Shown: positions 12,880 through 23,233, counted from the first letter of the stretch. The stretch is 52,470 bases of DNA from Catajapyx aquilonaris (GCA_000934665.2 JYFJ02002702.1:1-52470); one strand, 5' to 3'. Program-made: numbers and translations. The notes: generated by a model from the sequence alone, not told the origin.

Positions 12880-14902
12880 ATGATGACAGTTGTGCTCTTT
12901 TCAAATGGAAACTCAGTGGGCGGAAGGGTAAGAGATCTGTGGAATACCAATGTTGATACATCCTGTTTTATTTACATATTTTTTTTAAAGATGGTGAAAA
13001 TGATGACTACACCTTTTCAAGACTTCCTTCATTACATTGGCTGCACCATGGGATTCCATGCCAGGAGATTATTCACATCAGACGGAGATGAAATTCAAGA
13101 TAGCAGTGAGATCAGGTGAGTCTAATACTTCTCACCCGTAGTTGTTAACAAAATGTGGCCTGCAATTTCAGAGATGGTCTTGTGCTGCATGTATCCAGAG
13201 GTGAAGACTTCATCCCTCCATATTTAAACCTAGGGGAACCTGACAAGTGGGTCAAACTTAACGTTGGAGGAAAGGTGTTCGCCACAACTTTGGCCACTCT
13301 GATTCAAAAGGAACCCAACAGCATGCTTGCCAAGTGAGATAGCAATTTAAATTAATTTGTTGCTGACCCAAATCCAAATTGTTGATTCTCCAACAGAATG
13401 GTTACTTTTGACACCAATGGGAGCGGCTGCATGACTCTTGGCCAGGTGGACCAAGATGGTGCCTACCGAATTGATCGCAGCCCTGTCTATTTTGAGCCAA
13501 TCCTCAACTACCTCAGATATGGACAGCTCTTTCTGGACGAAGGGATTTCTCCAGCAGGTCACTACAACACCTGATATTATGAACCGCCTTATAGCCTCAT
13601 CTTGTGTAAATGTAGCTTCACGTGGCCTTCACTGTCGGGTTGTTTGGGCCACTTTGATTGGGATCCACCAATCAATTATTGGTGGACCCCAAGCACAGAT
13701 GACAAAAGGCAAGACAACCATACACATAGGAATCCAGATTAACCTGTTTATCTGTTGGCAGGTGTCCTGGAGGAAGCACGTTTCTTCTGCATCGAGTCGC
13801 TGATTCCAAGGCTGGAATGCATGGCTCAGGCAACACTTACTCGTAGAGACATGGTCAAGATCTTGAGCTTGAGAACTCTCAATGTTGTTTTGACCTGGAA
13901 AGGGCTCCAGTTACCAGGTATTGACCTCTCTCGAGTATATCTCTGGAACATTGATTTCACAGGAGCCAATCTGGCCTACTGCAATCTAAGGGAGGTCAGG
14001 ATGAGGGACTGTACTTTACGACAAGTGAACCTCTCCTTCGCAGACATGACTGGTATGAGAACAGCAGAAGAATATGCATGCTTCAAAATCTGAACAATCT
14101 GGAAATTATTTGCAGACTAATGGATTGTGAAATTTTGTTGCCCTTAGGAGCTATATTAGTTCAAGCCGATTTGTCCACTTGCCTTATGGAATCAACCATA
14201 TTGGATAAAGCAGTTCTAAAGGATGCCAACATGCAAGTTTCTACACTGAGAAATGTCCATCTGACATCTGCGGACTTATCATGTGAGAACTAACATTAAT
14301 TTCTTCGTACTGAATACTCCTTTATTGTGAAATACATTCATGCAATGTTATTTTCGTAGCGGCCAACCTGGAAGGAACACTTCTGGATTTTTGTGTGATG
14401 GAAAATGTGAACCTCACTGAAGCAAATTTGACTCTGGCCAGATTTGTCAACTGCAACTTGCTCAATGCAAATCTGAAGGGAGTAACCGCACAGGTAATCA
14501 GAGAAATGTTCTTTTCTCAGAAACTTCACTTTTGAAACTCCAAATCTCATGAAATTGAAAATTTATTGGAATCCAAGGACTAAAATAATGCAGTCTTTCA
14601 TCATTATATTAGAGGATAATGTTTCCATACCTGAAATTAACTGTTTAAAAATTACTGCACATTAATAATGATAGTAATGAACAGTTACTAACCACTACAT
14701 ACATGTCAGTTAAAACACACACTCCTTTTAAACATTCCCAACCACGAAGTAGCTTTTAAATCCGCAACTTACAATCTCTTGTCTGCAGGGATGCGAATTT
14801 GAATCATGTAACCTGAACGGGTTAATAGTGGATGTATTTGATCCACGTCTCCAGCAAACCATGTCCTGCACTGGTGTTAATATGGTAGTAAAAACTATTT
14901 AA
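12880..14902 (+). CDS. KCTD9: KCTD9-like protein (KHA/ubiquitin-like N-terminus, BTB/POZ domain, pentapeptide repeats), ~389 aa, divergent
   Basis: Exons 12880-12927, 12991-13115, 13172-13333, 13397-13557, 13762-14052, 14148-14282, 14360-14493, 14789-14902 (1170 nt, in frame). MMTVVLFSNGN, WVKLNVGGKVFATT..KEPNSMLA, GAYRIDRSPVYFEPILNYLRYGQL and GVLEEARFF, followed by A(N/D)L-type pentapeptide repeats. Confidence 0.88.
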
Positions 14903-16049
14903 TTTTTAAACTAATATTAAAGTGTGCCCTTTTTAAAAGGTTCTCTCTTAATTATAGCAGCAGCAACAGTATTAGCAGCTTCCGAAGATAGCATGGTAAA
15001 CCACTTCTGATTTTAAAATTATAGTTATGCAACCTGCTTTATACGGCATACTTGTTCCAGTTGATTTAACCTAAAACTTTAAACTTGCAATGAATTCTCT
15101 CTCTGCAGATTTCACTCGCTGCATATTAATGTTTCAAAAAATATGACAGCCACAGATGCTTTATTTCATCTAATTTTTCTGAATGAGATATAAAAGTAGA
15201 AAAAACTGAAGCAAGCATACAGTTTTGGAATTTTATGCTACTGTCACCAACATTGTGCATAATTCTGGCAAGCTTGTAATTTGCCTCACCGACCACATAT
15301 TCCAAAACCATTTATATTCCAAGTAATAAAAAGGTGGAAATGATTTGTGCTACATTATCATTCCCATTTGGCAGGCCCCTTAGGCTTGGACTTTGGGGCA
15401 TGGGCTCCCATCCTAGTTCCACCGTGAGTGTGAGACCCACCTCGACTCTTGCTCTGCTGAAACGTGGGCGCATGTCTCTCCTTCGGCTTACTCTGAGTTG
15501 GAGGGACATGGATCTGCTTGACAACTTTCAGCAGTCGCTGCAACTTTTCCTTATTTTTGTGGACAGACAAGCCATCCACATATTTCTGTAGGCAACCAAC
15601 AAGCTCCCTGTGCTTTTCAGCAGTAGATTTTGCTTGTAATGATATGTAGCATCGGTATCTCTAGGGAGGGAAATGGTACATCTTAATACATATTTCACAA
15701 CGTATGCCTGTCCCCTTGATGCCAGTGCAAAACCATACGGAGGCCTCGACGTATGCCCCAGGGTGATCATAAGGGGTAGTTTTTAACTGGGAAGGTCATA
15801 AGCACATTGGACTTCACCTCCGAGGCCACCCTTGGCTGCAGGAGGCGAAGAGGACTTGGGGACATTGGCCCGCGTTCTAATCATGCGGAATGGGGTGTAA
15901 ACAACTCTTCTGTTGAGTTGGCGGGGAAACCGTCCTTTCCTTCTCTGAAGGTCAGAGGGGTCACATCGCCCTCTCCCCACTGCCACCTCCAGCCACTGCA
16001 TGCAATATGCTCCCATGTTACAGGTATGCCAACATTGTATAGCCATAAT

Positions 16050-16133
16050 TATTTCAAACGTAACTACCAAATCAAAGTGTCACTCCTATGGAAAAGTATT
16101 TCATAACCCGAGCAACGCCAGGTATCCTGCTAG
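16050..16133 (+). mobile_element. Helitron-like 3' terminus (5' end not defined)
   Basis: CCCGAGCAACGCCAGG hairpin-like motif (16107-16122) followed by CTAG|T at 16130-16134, the typical Helitron end. Confidence 0.6.
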
Positions 16134-16238
16134 TAATTACTAAATGAAATGATTATGCTAGGCTACTGTTTGCACAAAGTGAAGTTTATAACCTCACACT
16201 AAAAGTCAAGGTGCAAATTGATCGAATGTAACCATCAA

Positions 16239-16431
16239 GGTGCGTTTAATGTGTGCGATTTGGCAAGCAAAGCGGAGCGAAGTCCCCGTCAAGCGAAGTA
16301 ACCAATATTGTTTGAGGTGAAAGACGAAAGTAACAATCAATTTTCGCCTCAAACAATACTGGTTACTTGGGTTACTCAGCGATGTTACCGCTTGGTGATG
16401 ACTTCGCTCGTCAAATCGCTCACATGTAAAC
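16239..16431. mobile_element. Fold-back MITE-like element (imperfect palindrome)
   Basis: Nested inverted matches: atgtgtgcgatttg/caaatcgctcacat, gagcgaagtc/gacttcgctc, aagtaaccaatattgtttgaggtgaaa/tttcgcctcaaacaatactggttactt. Confidence 0.65.
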
Positions 16432-17475
16432 TCTGCTTCATTTTGCTGCAATTAACTTACCACAAATGAGTTGCTGAAGTTGGTCATGTTGATGTCCATT
16501 GCTTGAAGCCAAGCCTCAACAGCTAGATCCATATCCTTCTTGATGAACCAATGGCAGCAGCCCTTGAAGACCAATATGGTGATGGCATTCTGATTGTTGT
16601 TTCTCTTCCCATACTTGTACATTATCTGATCCAGGATGGGGAATGGATCGAACTGATTCTCTGTGACAAGCTGCATGTCTAGATGTCCCATTGCAGCTGG
16701 GAAGTTGCCTCTGCTTCCACTGCATGTCATTGCTCTAAGATAATGCTCCTTGGCCTTGCGGTAACTGTGCTCATTATTCGCATAAAAAGCACCAGCCTTG
16801 TAGTTGACAATGGGGTCATCTGGAGACATCTCAAGCGCCTTTTTAAAGCAGGCCTTGGCCTTTTCGTTGTCACAAAATGGATGAGGCAACTTCATGAGTC
16901 GGCACATTCCATGTTGATCTTGGGACAGTTTGGAGAGAGTCTCAGGGCTTGGTCTATCAGCTTTGAAGCCTTTCCATTTAGTGTGTGACTTTCTTGTGTT
17001 GGTCCAGATGCATGAAAAATGTAACGTGCCTTATCTCGTAGAGATTGCGACAACGCTAGCATGTGAGTGGAGCTACCATGACTAGAAGAAGAAAAAATTA
17101 AAGATAAATATAGGAAATCTCTTTAGTTGTATCATCAATAGAAAGATGATAGATGCTGTATTAAGTCTAAACATTGGTGATTAACTTTGCAAGAACTGTG
17201 TATTTTGCATGGTGAATTTTAATTGATGAACCTACATAAATTGTGTATTTTAAGAATGTAGTGCATAACATCAGCATGACCAAACATTACCTTTAATAAG
17301 CTTATCTGCCTTTCTTATGAATATTCATTTGGTGCAGCTACACTAGAGAATCAAATGTGCTCAAGGTGCAGTTATGGTGGCTTACTAATTACCCCTGCTC
17401 AATTCCCACAATGACAGAGTCATATTTACACATTGTCATGGCCATGTTTTGAGATCACCTGGTTAATATTGTTAG

Positions 17476-18610
17476 CAGAGTTGGGTAGTAACTGAGTAGA
17501 AATAACGCGTTACTAGTAACTAGTTACTTTTTGAGTACTTTTCCCGGTAACTTCGTTACTTTTGTGCACAAGTAACTAGTACTTGTAACTAGTTGCCTTT
17601 AAACAGTAACTTTGTAACGAAAGTTACCAAGTTACTTTTCCGTGCAGTGTTTGAAAAGCACCTATTTTAAAGGGACACTCCACTCAAAAAAACAAGTTTG
17701 GCTCTAAAAATCGGGCAAAAAAATCCTGCATCCGAAGGTGCAATCCGTTTTTCGCTACGCGGAACGGTAATCCCAGGGCGAGGGGTCAAAGTGGGGAAAT
17801 TCAAATAGTGCGCTAGAAGCTGGCCGTCCCCCAGCGACGCCCTCGGGACCTTGGGAACTGGAGGGCTGCTACCGCCTGCCCCTGCGCTTAGGCCAATCCC
17901 AGAGCGGTGCAGCCCTCCAGTTCCCCTGTTCCCCGCGTGGCGGCACCGATCATTAGCAGACGACACACTTGGACATCTCGCCCTGGGATTACCGTTCCAC
18001 GTACCGAAAAACGAATTGCACCGTCGGATTCAGGATTTTTTGCCCGATTTTTAGACCCAAACTTGTTTTTTGAATGGAGTGTCCCTTTAACATGCAGATG
18101 ATTCATTTATTTGGCGACAGTGGGACGGTTCCCTCCGCGCCGATGGCTACTCCGGATTATGTCTGACTCAAGTCCGGTGAATTAAGACGGGGATGTAGAA
18201 AATCCGGACTTCTTCGAGTTCCATCTCTGGCCGAAAGAGACACTCGATCCCACCCTCCCCACACAAAAGAAGGGTCGCGTTTGCGGTTGACCAGAGAAGG
18301 GGAAAGCTTACCGATGCAAACCATGAAAAGCAGCTATTATTAAAAGTAAATCGAGGTTGATCATTTTTTTTGACCACGGTGTTATGTTGTATGATTCGTA
18401 TTTCAGGGAGAAATGGGGGATCCCCCATCTATCTACAGCAGCGGTGACAGACCACGGAAAAGTAACTTCATGAGTAACTGTAACTGTACCTGTAACTGTA
18501 ACTAGTTACTTTTTGGTCAAAGGAACTTGTAACTGTAACTAGTTACTTTTTTGGACTGAATAACTGTAACTGTAGCCAGTTACATTTCAAAAGTAACTTA
18601 CCCAACTCTG
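17476..18610. mobile_element. Non-autonomous hAT-like DNA transposon with (GTAACT/AGTTAC)-rich subterminal repeats
   Basis: TIR CAGAGTTGGGTA at 17476 and TACCCAACTCTG ending at 18610, with many gtaact/agttac repeats at both ends. An 8-bp TSD is not evident. Confidence 0.8.
17671..18086. mobile_element. Kolobok/T2-type MITE nested in the hAT-like element
   Basis: TTAA TSD at 17667-17670 and 18087-18090. AGGGACAC...GTGTCCCT termini. Imperfect TIRs of ~110 bp (17671-17781 versus 17977-18086), plus an inner inverted repeat (~17846-17876 versus ~17903-17932). Confidence 0.88.
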
Positions 18611-18964
18611 CTGATATTGAGGGTAAGGGTGTCATAAAATGTTTAATTATTATTAGCACTGGGCCTCCCTAAAGTGTTACACCATTACACCCAATAAACA
18701 CGGAAACCCCTCGAGTTTATACAGGCCCTTTCCAAGCATATGCAGCATATTACCATTACCTGTCACATTACAGCTTGTGCACACATTTTTTGGGCATTGC
18801 CTGTAGTAGGCACCTGTAGTATCAATTTTTATAGAATAAGCTCACCTCATTTTTCAAGTCAGTGCATCTATATGCAGATACTCGCCCAAATACGACCAGA
18901 CTTGACATGGAGCGATGCACATATGATTTGTCATGCCCAATGCAACAAGAGGTAGAGGAGCGGA

Positions 18965-18975
18965 GGGGAATCCCC
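18965..18975. promoter_or_regulatory. NF-kB/Rel-type site GGGGAATCCCC upstream of IFIT-like copy B
   Basis: Exact motif; ~120 bp upstream of a minus-strand GAG|GTGAGC donor at 18845. Confidence 0.55.
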
Positions 18976-20094
18976 CCACCCACATATTTTATATTCAGTT
19001 CATCAGTTGGTTATAACTGTTATAATAACAGATATTGCTAGCAGTTTTTAGAGAGGCAGAGGTATCTGGCTGCTTGTCCTTGTAAAACCTACATAATTAT
19101 AAGGAATTGTTTTCATGCAGGATTGCCAAATGAGAATACATTTATGACCAAACCAGGCATTGCTTAGTTATTATTAGCACACAGACAGCAGAAAGGAGGC
19201 GAAAAGGGGGATAAGGGACTCCTTGTTTGTCAGCAGTTTGCTTGAACTCAATTGAACAGGCTCCATCCCATACACTGGGCAATCAGTCCTTGCTAACTCA
19301 AGCTGACAATGTTGTGTGATTAAATGCTAAACACCATGCTGCCTAATAACTATCCTTGATCTCAATGGTCTTCCCTGTTGCTTTTGTAGTAATGACAATC
19401 ACTAATCACCACAGTGATCGTGGATAACACTTTTGAATTTTTCCAGACTTCTGCTTGCATAGTAATAATCAACCCCAGAAAAGTGCAATAAAAGTGACAA
19501 TTCACTTCTTCAACTACTGTAGTTATTATGAGAAACTTCCACTAAATATGATCATACATGAATGTGTGTGGCAAAAGTAGGCTAAATCCTGAAAGAAATT
19601 CCTTGAGTGGGAAAATATTACCGAGCGGCACTAATGATAGTTTATGAGTGACATATGTATTGTTCCTAATGTCTTTAATCATAAAACTACTGGATTTTTT
19701 TTAAAAATTAAATCTGCAACTTTGGGGCATGCATGAAAGAAATCAATACTATTGCAAGGTAATTTTGCTTGCTTTCCATCCTTTCAATTACATACTTCCT
19801 GACCTCAATAATAATGCATGATGCATACTCTTTTACAACCATGATTTATTTAAGAATGGGATTCCAAAATGAAACATTGTTCAAGTCTCTGGATCGGCCA
19901 CAAAAATAAAAGTTAAGAAATCAAGAAAACATTAGTTTCTGACTGCTACAATACTCAGTCCATCTCCATAATAATTACGCTGTGTGATCTTGTGTATATT
20001 ACAAGTCAGTCCCAATCACAACAATCCCTTAAAATTCATCATTTGAACCAGATGAGAGTGGACATTACGTAAGCAGCACTTATTCCAGTCCCAC

Positions 20095-22408
20095 TTAGCC
20101 AGCCCACCCCTTAGATTTAGCTCCTTTCGACTTGGGTACATGGGGTCTTGGTACACCTCGACTCTGCCGGGGTCCGGATCCTCTTCTCTGCTGAGGCGGG
20201 GGGAAATGTATTTCCTTGACAATGTCCAGTAGGATCTGCATCAGATCTTCTTTGCATGTGTTGGACACTTGATCCACTTCTTTCTGTAGGCGATCAACCA
20301 GCTCCTTGTGATGTTCGGCTGTACATCTGGGCTGGAAAGAGAGATACAATCGATGTCTCTGAAAGAAAAATAAAAGCATCTCCCATTAGATAAATGCTGT
20401 ACTGCCATTGCCTATATTCAATTTTCAATTACATGGGTTGAGTTACAAATGGAGTGGTTCGGAATTGGGCTGCCCACTTGTAATGAAGATCATAAAGATT
20501 TTATATTTGCCCAACAACAACTCGTAATAATGTTAACCCATTAGAAAGCTTATGGCAGCATCTTGGCTAGCTGAGACTTAGCATAAGGACGAGAAACCCT
20601 CCTGGCCATCAACTCACCACAAATGTATTCCGAAAGTTAGCAATGTCAATATCCATTGCTTGAAGCCAGGTCAAAACAGCTTGAACCAAATCCTTCTTGA
20701 TGAACCAATGGCAGCAGCCCTTGAAGACCAATATGGTGATGGCATTCTGATTGTTGTTTCTCTTCCCATACTTGTACATTATCCGATCCAGAATGGGGAA
20801 TGGATCGAACCGATTCTCTGTGACGAGCTGCATGTCTAGATGTCCCATTGCAGCTGGGAAGTTGCCCCTGGTTCCACTGCATGCCACTGCTTGCTGATAT
20901 AATCCTTTCGCTTTGCGATAATCCTGCTTGTTCTTCGCATAAAAGAAGCCGGCCTTGTAGTTGATAATGGGGTCATCTGGAGATATCTCAAGAGCCCTTT
21001 TGATGCATTCCTCTGCCTTCTGGCGATTGCGAAATGGTTGGGGTAGTTTCATGAAGGCATCAGCACATTCCATGTTGATCCTGGAGCAGTCTGGAGAGAG
21101 CCTCAGGGCTTGATCGACCAGCTGGAAAGCCCTGCTGTTCAGGAGGCGACTTTCCTGGATTGGTCCTGACTGTGCGAAAATGTGGGTAGATTTGTCCCGC
21201 AGGGCATGGGACAGTCCCAGCATGTGACTGGAGTTTCCACGACTGGAAGAAAAATTGACATGCACAATAAGTTAAATGTTAGAATCAACCTTTGAACAAG
21301 GATGACATAACTGAGTCATATTGGCAGACATGAAATGCTTAAATGATGTAATAGCATATTGATAAGTACACAGATATTATGTAACGCATGCTACCGGTAC
21401 TATTTAAGCGTACGTTATGAGAATTTGGGCTTGTCTTTCTTAGGAATGAAATAGTGTACTTCTCTAAACCTTTATACATACTCTTTTGCCAGCTTCACTG
21501 CCTTTTCCAGGGCCTCGCACTCTTCTCCTGTTGGATACGTGTTTTTTTCTTGAGAATACCTCGTACGGGCCAGTGTATTCCCAAGTTGGTACCACCATTC
21601 TGGGCACTCTGGATCCAGGATTAGAGCTGTTCGAATGGCCAGGAGAAGTTGGTCTCTAGCTGCCATGTCCACCACACAAGCTGCCCTCAGCCTGGAAACA
21701 ATGACCTTGGACTCTGTCGACAGAGAATCATACTGGGGCATTCCATCAAGATGCTGAGATGCCTCGTCATATTTCTTGGCACGGAACAATAAGAAGGATT
21801 TGATGCAATCAGAGACGTAGAGTAGCCCAGGTTTATCATCTTTTAGCCCCTTGCTGCTCATGTATTGCTTCACTGCATCCAGTAAAACTTTTGATTTGTT
21901 CATACTGCCAACCTCACCGTACAGATTTGTTCATACTGCCAACCTCACAGGCAAGTAACACATTGACGTGAAAGTCCATCCATGACTTGCATTTTGATTG
22001 GCTGCTCTTTCTCTCAATAATCATGATCTTTTCATAAATGAATTGCTTCCGAGGAATTTCCCTGTACTGCAGTAAATTCCAGTTGAAATGGCAGTTCAAC
22101 TCCTTACTAAGGCGGGCCCTTAATTCACCATTAGGTGAAGGCAAACCTTGGTCAGTGGATGAGTCGCTTTCAGAGCTTTCATCATCGAAGTTGTAACCCT
22201 TGTCCTCTTCAGAGTCTTCAGAGTCATTGTCCCAAATGCTCTTCACTGGAGATGACTCGTCTGCCTGCACTCTTCTCTCACTTCCGCTGTCCCTCTCCTG
22301 GTCATCTTCGGAGTCATCATCCCAGTTATCTTTAACTGAAGGCTTGTCCTGCTGGCCATTCGTGTCTTCATCATCTTCTTCTTCAACTGCTTTCCAAAGT
22401 GTTGACAT
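20095..22408 (-). pseudogene. IFIT-like copy C with acidic N-terminal extension; frameshifted by a 31-nt tandem duplication (otherwise ~594 aa)
   Basis: Exons 22408-21482, 21242-20618, 20358-20095. Contains LSKELNCHFNWNL, NVLLAC and TPR motifs, with the same intron phases as copy A. A 25-nt direct repeat (21893-21917 and 21924-21948) shifts the frame, giving TGA at 21914-21916; removing 31 nt gives 1785 nt in frame. Confidence 0.78.
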
Positions 22409-23222
22409 ATTAATGCTGAAATGAACAGCTGGGTGAGAATTTGTATTACGCTGATAAGATTTAATCACTTTACAACTGATATATGGTATTTCTGTAATTT
22501 TCAACAGCAAAATGGAACAGGCACACACAGGTGCCAATAATATACACTAATACTGTAGTTGTAACTTCCTATTATAATGTAAATGTCATTTGCAAACAAG
22601 TACACATGTATGTACAATATTATTTCTTGAGGCTTCATTTGGTGAGGTTCCACATTTACGTAAGACCTTTTTAAAAATGACTTTAAAATTACAAATTGCA
22701 TAACATTGCCAAAAAATGAACATAACAAAATATTCAGAACAGTAACACTTCTGAGCCTTCTTTTGATTTTAACCCTGGAAACCGTGCCGTGCCGTGCCTA
22801 CGAGTATTACGGCAACCGTGCCGTGGGGTCTTTTCGGACCCCACCATATTTTAATTTTTATTAATTATTATATGATACTTTTCAGTGTATTGACTATATA
22901 CAATCGCGCGGTACCCGGGCGTTGGCAAAGGTCAAAAATGTATTTAAGTTAGTCCAACTTGAGCAAGAATAAAGGTACCATGCCAGTAGATGCCCCCTGT
23001 GGGAGGTGCACTACACACACACACACACAAAAACTACTACTACTGTACCTCTTGGCTTTGTTTCAATGCATTGTCCTCTCTAGTCCTCGTGCTGTGCAGT
23101 AGCTGAGTCCTGCCTCTCTGCAACCTCAGCAGTCAGCAGTGTCTAAGTCATCTCTCAACACCTAGCAATGTTTCCAAGTGAAAGTGAGGGTCGAACCAAC
23201 AGGACAAGAGATGAGGTGTCGT

Positions 23223-23233
23223 GGGGAATCCCC
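23223..23233. promoter_or_regulatory. NF-kB/Rel-type site GGGGAATCCCC upstream of IFIT-like copy C
   Basis: Exact motif; ~175 bp upstream of a minus-strand GAG|GTACAG donor at 23048. Shares the TGTCGTGGGG flank with the site at 11999. Confidence 0.6.

Larger units (their letters stand above)
15358..17081 (-). pseudogene. IFIT-like copy B: only the last two coding exons, frameshifted
   Basis: Exons 17081-16461 and 15660-15358 have the same splice phases as copy C exons 2-3. A 4-nt deletion at 16897/16898 (GAC TC ATG versus copy C GAT GCC TTC ATG) gives an immediate TGA. No CHFNW exon was found between 17082 and 20000. Confidence 0.8.

Noticed and set aside
17667..18106. Mirror-image ORFs (RPGITVPR..KRIAPSD.GFF on both strands)
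   Set aside because: Artefact of the MITE's long inverted repeats; no transposase motifs.
18415..18426. GGGGGATCCCCC as a fourth kB site
   Set aside because: Different spacing, and it lies inside the hAT-like element.
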